64,000 nt of DNA. Origin: Bradymonadia bacterium (GTDB lineage Bacteria; Myxococcota_A; Bradymonadia; UBA7976; UBA1532). Below, in pieces: positions 58,038 to 64,000 of the stretch (the stretch's first letter is position 1; each line of letters starts with the position of its first letter). Both the position numbers and the translations under genes were made by a program. The notes under the pieces were generated by a model that was not told the DNA's origin, ran no database searches, and saw only the letters and a program-made list of their open reading frames with translations. Location: assembly GCA_046290225.1 (NCBI GenBank), contig JBKAGE010000003.1:33244-97243 (forward strand), read 5' to 3'.

Positions 58038-58496
58038 ATGTCGGAGAAATCATCCACACCCAACACCGAAGGACTGGATCGGCGGGCATTTGTCACCACG
58101 ATGGCTGCCGCTGGGGCTGTAGTGCTGGCGCCACAGCTGGCCCACGCTCAGGTCGATGATCAGGCTGGCTTCGAAGAAGGCGCCCCCACCGAGAAGGCGC
58201 CGCAAGAGGGTGCCGCGGATACACCTGCAGCCGCAGCGAAGCGCCGTCGGGCGGAAGAGGCTCACAAGCGCAAGAAGCAAGCCGCCCCGACACAGCGGGA
58301 GGAAGCGCAAAAGCGCACACCCATGGTGAAGCGACGCCGGCTCGAGCAGGCGAAGAAGGCCCAGACCGAAGAGCAGACGAAGAAGCGCGCCGCGCCCACT
58401 GACACCCCCCAAGATGCTCAACCTGAAGGGCAGTCTCAGGGTCGTCACCGCGAGGCTGCCCGCAAGCGGGGCAAGCGCTCTGCCATCAGGAAGTAG
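58038..58496 (+). CDS. Tat-exported small protein with 5 ExxxK motifs (candidate precursor B)
   Basis: RBS GAGGAGGGAG, twin-Arg DRRAFV, AHA cleavage site, DDQAGFEE. Motifs EEAHK, EEAQK, EQAKK, EEQTKK, EAARK. Confidence 0.85.
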   Translation: MSEKSSTPNTEGLDRRAFVTTMAAAGAVVLAPQLAHAQVDDQAGFEEGAPTEKAPQEGAADTPAAAAKRRRAEEAHKRKKQAAPTQREEAQKRTPMVKRRRLEQAKKAQTEEQTKKRAAPTDTPQDAQPEGQSQGRHREAARKRGKRSAIRK

Positions 58497-58540
58497 CTCG
58501 ACGCCCTCAACGGAAGCGGACTGCGGCCCGGCCTTCGGTT

Positions 58541-59113
58541 ATGGTGATGCCGAACCATCTCCCGGAGGCCGCTGTGAGCATCAACGCCATCGAAGACAAG
58601 ATCGCCGACGTGGGCCGGCGCATCTCGCGCCTGCTGGCCCAGGACGCGGGCTACTTCTTTCGTCAGACTGTGCGCACCGAGTTCGGCGAGCACCCCGAGG
58701 TCGCGGACGGGCTCTCCGATGACGCCCTGGCCGCCCTCAAGGGTGAGGCCTACGACGCAGCGAAGGCCGCCTCCGAGCATGTGGCCAGCACTCTTGATGA
58801 CACCGCGCTGTGGTTGACCGGTGAGCCCGGTGACAACCTCAAAGCCCCCGTGAAGGACATCTCGGGCGTCGCCGAGGTGATGAGCGAGATCGAGAAGCGC
58901 ATCACCGCATTTCTCTCGAGCCACAGCCTCAGCCCTGCAGAGCCGGTCAGCTGGCGGTTGCCAGCGCGATTCATCGACGGCGAGCATCTGCCCACCCTCA
59001 CCGAGACGTACTGGAAGCACATGATCCGCCGTGCCGAGCTCGTGGCCGTGGCCCGGGCCAAAGCTGAGGCTCAGTCCGCGGCAGATCGGCTGCGTCGCTG
59101 GGATGAAGCATGA
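58541..59113 (+). CDS. Hypothetical protein
   Basis: Strong GC3 bias and ATGA overlap with mazG. No recognised motif. Confidence 0.75.
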   Translation: MVMPNHLPEAAVSINAIEDKIADVGRRISRLLAQDAGYFFRQTVRTEFGEHPEVADGLSDDALAALKGEAYDAAKAASEHVASTLDDTALWLTGEPGDNLKAPVKDISGVAEVMSEIEKRITAFLSSHSLSPAEPVSWRLPARFIDGEHLPTLTETYWKHMIRRAELVAVARAKAEAQSAADRLRRWDEA

Positions 59114-59925
59114 GCGAGAAACCACGATTCTCGGCACAAGATGCGGCGAAAGCTGGAGAAGCCTTCGCTCGCCTCGTCCGCATCATCAGCCGGCTGCGCG
59201 ATCCTGAGGGTGGTTGTCCCTGGGATCAGAAGCAAACCCTGGACTCGATCCGCCGCTACCTGCTCGAAGAGACCTACGAGACCCTCGATGCCCTGGACTC
59301 GGGGGATGTAGACGCTCACCGAGACGAGCTCGGCGATCTGCTCATGCAGGTGGTATTTCACGGCCAGATCCGCCACGAAGAAGGCCGCTTCGATGTCGCT
59401 GACGTCTCTCAGGCGATCTCCGACAAGATGGTCCGACGTCACCCCCACGTCTTCGGTGACACGGTGTACGAGACCGAAGAAGAGCTGAAACGCGCCTGGA
59501 GCAAAGCCAAGACCAAAGAAGGCCGTGTGTCGGTCCTCGATGGGGTGCCCAAAGCACTGCCGGCGCTTCTCCGTGCCTTTCAGCTGGGCAACAAGGCCGC
59601 CTCAGTGGGGTTTGACTGGCCCAATGTCGAAGGCGTCGTGGACAAGATCGCTGAAGAGGCCCGTGAGCTGACCGAGGCGAAGACCCTGGGCCCAGAGGCC
59701 ATCGAACACGAGATGGGAGATCTGCTCTTCTCGATGGTGAACCTGTGCCGTCACATGAAGATCGATCCAGAGACGGCCCTACAGAAGGCCAACCTGCGTT
59801 TCGAGGGCCGCTTTCGCCACGTCGAAGCAGGCTTGAAGGCGGAAAACCGAACGCCAGACGACGCAGAGATCGACGAGCTCGAGGCTCGCTGGCAAGCGGC
59901 GAAGACCGAGCTCGACGACGCTTGA
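59110..59925 (+). CDS. mazG: Nucleoside triphosphate pyrophosphohydrolase MazG
   Basis: LRDPEGGCPWD.KQT, EETYE, DELGDLL, RRHPHVFG, GFDW, EMGDLLF. Confidence 0.96.
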   Translation: MSEKPRFSAQDAAKAGEAFARLVRIISRLRDPEGGCPWDQKQTLDSIRRYLLEETYETLDALDSGDVDAHRDELGDLLMQVVFHGQIRHEEGRFDVADVSQAISDKMVRRHPHVFGDTVYETEEELKRAWSKAKTKEGRVSVLDGVPKALPALLRAFQLGNKAASVGFDWPNVEGVVDKIAEEARELTEAKTLGPEAIEHEMGDLLFSMVNLCRHMKIDPETALQKANLRFEGRFRHVEAGLKAENRTPDDAEIDELEARWQAAKTELDDA

Positions 59926-59941
59926 TTGCAGGACGAGAGAC

Positions 59942-60721
59942 ATGAACCACCCAACAGCTGCTGCACTTCTCTTGTTGACCGCTGTGACGACGCACGTGGG
60001 CTGTGATGACGATGACACATCGTCGACCAACATGCCTGATGCCGCGCAAGCTGCCGAATCCGACGCCTCCATCGATGCCAGCCTTCCCGAACCTGACGCG
60101 ATGATGATGCCGGATGCCGATCTCCCCGACATGGCGCCACCCGCACCCACCGACGTGGAGCTCGCCGCGGACTGGCTCACGGGTGACTTCAACAGTCGAG
60201 CCCAGGCCATGGCCGATCGGCGCTACTTCGACGTACACCTCTACGCGATCCAGATCTGGCCTGATCGTGAAGACGGCGCGTGGATGTATGTGCAGCAGTC
60301 CCGAGACGACAATGACGACGGCACTTACGAGGCACCCTATCGCCAACGTGTCTACTGGGTGCACGGTGAAGGCGATGGGGTAGTCAGTACGGTGTACCGC
60401 ATCGAAGACGAAGACCAGTTCGTCGACCCCTGGAACGACCTGTCGGTACTCGACGCCCTCAGCGAAGAGAGCCTCACCCTCGCCGAAGGCTGTGATGTCC
60501 GCCTCACCCGGATGGGCGAGACCTTCGTCGGTGGCACTGAAGGCACAGCATGTCGACTGAGCTTCGGTGGCTACGCCACCTCTGCGGTCACGCTCTCCGA
60601 AACCGGCTTGCGGAGCCTCGATCTGCTTTACGACGACGGCGGGAACATCATCAATGGTCTCACCGAAGACTCCACACCGTACACCTTCGACAAGCTCGAG
60701 AACTTCCCCCTCGCTCAGTGA
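59942..60721 (+). CDS. CpcT/CpeT family beta-barrel lipoprotein
   Basis: Lipobox HVGC. WLTGDFNSRAQA, IWPDR..GAWMYVQQ, PYRQRVY, GCDV, C...FGGYATSAVTL, PYTFDK. Confidence 0.85.
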   Translation: MNHPTAAALLLLTAVTTHVGCDDDDTSSTNMPDAAQAAESDASIDASLPEPDAMMMPDADLPDMAPPAPTDVELAADWLTGDFNSRAQAMADRRYFDVHLYAIQIWPDREDGAWMYVQQSRDDNDDGTYEAPYRQRVYWVHGEGDGVVSTVYRIEDEDQFVDPWNDLSVLDALSEESLTLAEGCDVRLTRMGETFVGGTEGTACRLSFGGYATSAVTLSETGLRSLDLLYDDGGNIINGLTEDSTPYTFDKLENFPLAQ

Positions 60722-60798
60722 CACGGCGACCTCTTTTCGGCGTTCGAAGAGATCCCACCACAGCCTGCTTCGTAGATGTCCCGGGAAAGGACTCGAAA

Positions 60799-61467
60799 TT
60801 GCGCAGACTCGTACTCTCAGCATTGGTCTTTGGTGCTTCAGCTCCGGCTCTGAGCGCCCCTCTCGATCCCCCACCCTCTGTGGAGCCCCTGGTGAAGACA
60901 CTCACAGCTCAAACCTCGCCTCGCAAGATGACTGGCCCTGGCATGAGCGAGGGCGCCCTGTCGGCGAGATTCCCCGAGATCGAGGTCGAAGTGACCTCCA
61001 GCTTTGCCCACGATCGCGGGATGATGTCATACGTGAAGTCACAGAAAGTGGGTGGCGAAGAGGTCGGGCCCAAGGGTGTGCTCTACCACCTCGTGAAGCT
61101 GAGGAAGGGGTGGACCGCCCAGGGCGGATCCAGCGACGAAGAGGCCCTCACCGTCTTCAAGCACTTCATCAAGGACTGGAACGCGCTCTTCGAGTATTCC
61201 ACGCGCATCACCACCCCAGAGCTCCCCGATCACCTCAAGCGCCTGTCAGGTGGTTTCCCCGGCTTGCCTCCATATCACCCGCCAAAGTTCGAGGTTCGCA
61301 CTCTGGAGAGTGGTGAGAAGGTGGTCGTGCACAGCTACTTCAGCAGCTGGGATGGTGGGAATCACGGCAGGCAGATGGGGTACAGCGAGGATGCGTATCT
61401 GATCAGCACCGGTGAGATGCACAGGCTGCCCCGCCCAGGTGAGCAGGGTCTACTCAAGAGGCAGTAG
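60799..61467 (+). CDS. Secreted hypothetical protein
   Basis: AAGGA RBS, TTG start and signal peptide RRLVLSALVFGASAPALSA. Confidence 0.65.
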   Translation: MRRLVLSALVFGASAPALSAPLDPPPSVEPLVKTLTAQTSPRKMTGPGMSEGALSARFPEIEVEVTSSFAHDRGMMSYVKSQKVGGEEVGPKGVLYHLVKLRKGWTAQGGSSDEEALTVFKHFIKDWNALFEYSTRITTPELPDHLKRLSGGFPGLPPYHPPKFEVRTLESGEKVVVHSYFSSWDGGNHGRQMGYSEDAYLISTGEMHRLPRPGEQGLLKRQ

Positions 61468-61474
61468 AGTCGCC

Positions 61475-63013
61475 TCAGACCGGGCGCACCCCGTGCTTAC
61501 GACCGTCGGTGGTCGGCACATAGCCCTCGCGATAGAAGGCATAGCGGCGGATCAGCTCTTCGCGCAGCTGGGCCCCGGGCACAATGCCGTCGATGACCAG
61601 CTCACTTGCCAGCTTCACCAGATCCACATCTTCAGCATACGCCTTGCGCTGAGCCTCTACGTAGGCCGGGCGCTCCTCTTCGGGCAATGCCTGGATCTTG
61701 TTGTAGTACACCGCGTTCACGGCGGCTTCGGGACCCATGACGGCAATCATGGCCTGGGGCAGCGCCAGGGTACAGTGCGGGTCAAACCCCGGGCCGCACA
61801 TGGCGTAGAGGCCAGCGCCGTAGGCCTTTCGGACCACCACCGAGATGCGAGGCACGGTGGCGCTGGACATGGCGCTGATCATTTTCGCCCCATGGCGGAT
61901 GATGCCTTGCTGCTCGACCTTGCTCCCGATCATGAAGCCCGGCACGTCGGCGAGGTACAGCAGCGGGATGTTGAAGGCGTCGCACAGATCGATGAACCGG
62001 GTGGCCTTGTCGGCGGAGTCGACGAAGAGCACACCCCCCTTCTGTCGGGGGTTGTTGGCGATGATGCCGATCACCTGGCCGTCGAGGCGGGCGAAGCCCG
62101 TGAGCAGCTCCTTGGCGAAGCGCTTCTTGATCTCGTGCCACGAGCCCTCGTCGATGATGGCCTCGATGAGCTTGAGCATGTCGAAGGGCTTGTTCTGTGC
62201 AGGCGGGATGATGGCGTCCACCTCACCGGCGCCAGCATCCACGGCCTTCGACTCGGCCACGGGGGGCAGCCCGGCACTGTTGCTCGGCAGGTAGCCGAGG
62301 TAGCGCTTGCACCAGTCGAGGGCCTCCACCTCAGTCTTGACCAGCACATCACCACAGCCGGACTCACCGGTGTGCATGCGGGCGCCGCCCATCTCCTCGA
62401 GGGAGACCTTCTCGCCGATGACCATCTCCGCCATACGGGGGCTGCCGAGATACATGCTGGCGTTTTTGTTCACCATCACCACCACGTCACAGAAGGCGGG
62501 GATGTAGGCACCACCTGCGGCAGAGGGACCAAAAAGCAAACAAATCTGGGGGATTTGCCCCGAAAGGTGGACCTGGTTGTAGAAGATGCGGCCGGCCCCT
62601 CGTCGACCGGGGAACATCTCCACCTGATCGGTGATGCGGGCCCCGGCAGAGTCCACGAGATAGAGCAGCGGGCACTTCACCTTCGCCGCCGTCTCCTGGA
62701 TACGGACGATCTTCTCCACCGTACGCTTGCCCCACGAGCCCGCCTTGACGGTGGAGTCGTTGGCCATGATGGCCACCGGGCGCCCATCGACTCGGGCGAG
62801 GCCAGTGACCACACCATCAGCGGGCAACCGCCCGTCAAGGGCGTTGGCAAAGAGGGCGTCCTCGACGAAGCTGTCTTCGTCGACGAGGTGGGCGATGCGA
62901 TCGCGAACGAAGAGCTTGCCCTTGGCGCTGTTCGACGCGTGATACTTCTCGGCCCCACCCTTGAGGATCCCCTCGGTGAGGGTGCTGATCTGGCTGCTGT
63001 CGTGCTCGGACAC
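61475..63013 (-). CDS. Acyl-CoA carboxylase beta subunit (methylcrotonyl-CoA carboxylase LiuB/YngE-like)
   Basis: PADGVVTG, TVKAGSWG, DSAGARI, SAAGGAYIP, DVPGFMIG, RKAYGAG, VMGPEAA. Confidence 0.93.
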   Translation of the reverse strand: MSEHDSSQISTLTEGILKGGAEKYHASNSAKGKLFVRDRIAHLVDEDSFVEDALFANALDGRLPADGVVTGLARVDGRPVAIMANDSTVKAGSWGKRTVEKIVRIQETAAKVKCPLLYLVDSAGARITDQVEMFPGRRGAGRIFYNQVHLSGQIPQICLLFGPSAAGGAYIPAFCDVVVMVNKNASMYLGSPRMAEMVIGEKVSLEEMGGARMHTGESGCGDVLVKTEVEALDWCKRYLGYLPSNSAGLPPVAESKAVDAGAGEVDAIIPPAQNKPFDMLKLIEAIIDEGSWHEIKKRFAKELLTGFARLDGQVIGIIANNPRQKGGVLFVDSADKATRFIDLCDAFNIPLLYLADVPGFMIGSKVEQQGIIRHGAKMISAMSSATVPRISVVVRKAYGAGLYAMCGPGFDPHCTLALPQAMIAVMGPEAAVNAVYYNKIQALPEEERPAYVEAQRKAYAEDVDLVKLASELVIDGIVPGAQLREELIRRYAFYREGYVPTTDGRKHGVRPV

Positions 63014-63040
63014 ATCGATCTCCTGTCGTATGAGTGGGGC

Positions 63041-63817
63041 TTACTCGCCCTTGTAGTTCGGCGCCCGACGCTCGGCAAAAGCCCGCAGACCTTCGAGCCG
63101 GTCCTCAGTCGGAATGGTGACGTCGTAGCAATCCCGCTCGTGGGCGAGGGCGGCCTCCATGGGCAGATCCCAACCACCCTCGATGGCCTGCTTGGCCTGG
63201 GTGAGGCTGATGGGGGCGCACTTGCACACCTCGGCGGCGAGGGCCTCGGCGGCTGCGAGGTGATCCTCGGCCACCTCGTTCACCACACCGAGGCTGGCCA
63301 TGTGCTCGGCGCTGTGCCGACTGCCAGTGAGGATCAGCGACTTGGCCCGGGCGACGCCGATGAGCCGCGGAAGCCTCTGAGTGCCACCAGCACCGGGGAT
63401 GATGCCAAGACGGGCCTCGGGCAGCCCCATGATGGAGCCCGCACGGGCGACGCGCAGATCACAACAAAGCGCCAACTCGAGCCCTCCACCAAGGCAGGCG
63501 CCATGGATGGCGGCGATCCACACCTTGGGGCTGTTGGCTACGGCGTTGAAGGTGTCGTTGAGCAGGGTAACAAAGGCCCGGACATCAGCCTCAGGCATAC
63601 CCTTACGCTCTTTGAGATCGGCCCCGGCACAGAACGCCTTGTCCCCTGCCCCGTGCAAGATCACGGCGCGAACTGCACGCTCTTTGGCCACCCGCTCGGC
63701 GACGTCGCGGATGCCCTCGACGACGGCTCGGCCGAGGGCGTTCCGGCGCTCAGGGGCGTTGATGGTGACCCGCCAGAGCGGGCCCTCCTCGCTGACCAGG
63801 ATCTTGGCTTCACTCAT
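63041..63817 (-). CDS. Enoyl-CoA hydratase family (methylglutaconyl-CoA hydratase LiuC/YngF-like)
   Basis: AFCAGADLKER, GGGLELAL, LPEARLGIIPGAGGTQRLPRLIG. Adjacent to the carboxylase beta gene. Confidence 0.92.
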   Translation of the reverse strand: MSEAKILVSEEGPLWRVTINAPERRNALGRAVVEGIRDVAERVAKERAVRAVILHGAGDKAFCAGADLKERKGMPEADVRAFVTLLNDTFNAVANSPKVWIAAIHGACLGGGLELALCCDLRVARAGSIMGLPEARLGIIPGAGGTQRLPRLIGVARAKSLILTGSRHSAEHMASLGVVNEVAEDHLAAAEALAAEVCKCAPISLTQAKQAIEGGWDLPMEAALAHERDCYDVTIPTEDRLEGLRAFAERRAPNYKGE

Positions 63818-64000
63818 GGTGACCTCCGCTTTGTGAAATCTTTACAAAGGCGTTTATCTGAGCGCTTTGCTGAAGGCAAGGCCAGAGGGGTTTCGGGGCA
63901 GGGCAATCGCACCAAAATAGGATTGACGTGAAGTACGAAGAATGAGCAGGGGGTGGGTGCTCGGACACGCTTGAACTTCCCGATGGCCGAGTGGAGACAC

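Noticed and set aside
61412..63931. 839-aa + strand ORF (also 59342-60901, 40552-42612, 31370-33034, 28581-30272, 23740-26550, 10396-11808 and similar)
   Set aside because: Antisense shadows of well-supported genes. Long stop-free reverse frames are expected at high GC3, and they carry no motifs.
63940..64000. Start of a tgt-like gene (LELPDGRVET)
   Set aside because: That frame has a TGA at 63943 and no start codon before the motif; too little sequence to call.

Overview
High-GC bacterial chromosomal window, most likely Myxococcota (inferred from a DUF4388-J-TPR protein, a TIGR02266/PilZ-like domain, Cys/Asp-rich lipoproteins and a lipoprotein glutaredoxin). Much of it is housekeeping: lon (partial), yfgM-bamB-like pair, comM/yifB, era-der-mutM, a ppdK homolog, a split complex I block (nuoABCD-G-H), dnaJ, iscS-mnmA-rnc, mazG and liuB/liuC-like genes. 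It also holds a glycosylation cluster with a radical SAM enzyme and an eboAB pair. I found no rRNA, tRNA, CRISPR array or mobile element. The most striking item is a three-gene unit at 55569-58496. Two Tat-signal proteins share an acidic 'AGFE' motif and carry tandem E-x-x-x-K motifs (14 and 5 copies; in the larger one Lys is almost confined to that position). They flank a 2OG-Fe(II) oxygenase/RimK-type ATP-grasp fusion. I propose this as a candidate RiPP-like system that makes i,i+4 Glu-Lys lactam staples on exported helical proteins. Other oddities are a PPDK lacking its catalytic Cys, a doubly degenerate CHAT/McrB-like fusion and a J-domain with HLD in place of HPD. All family calls come from motif recognition by eye; no database search was run.
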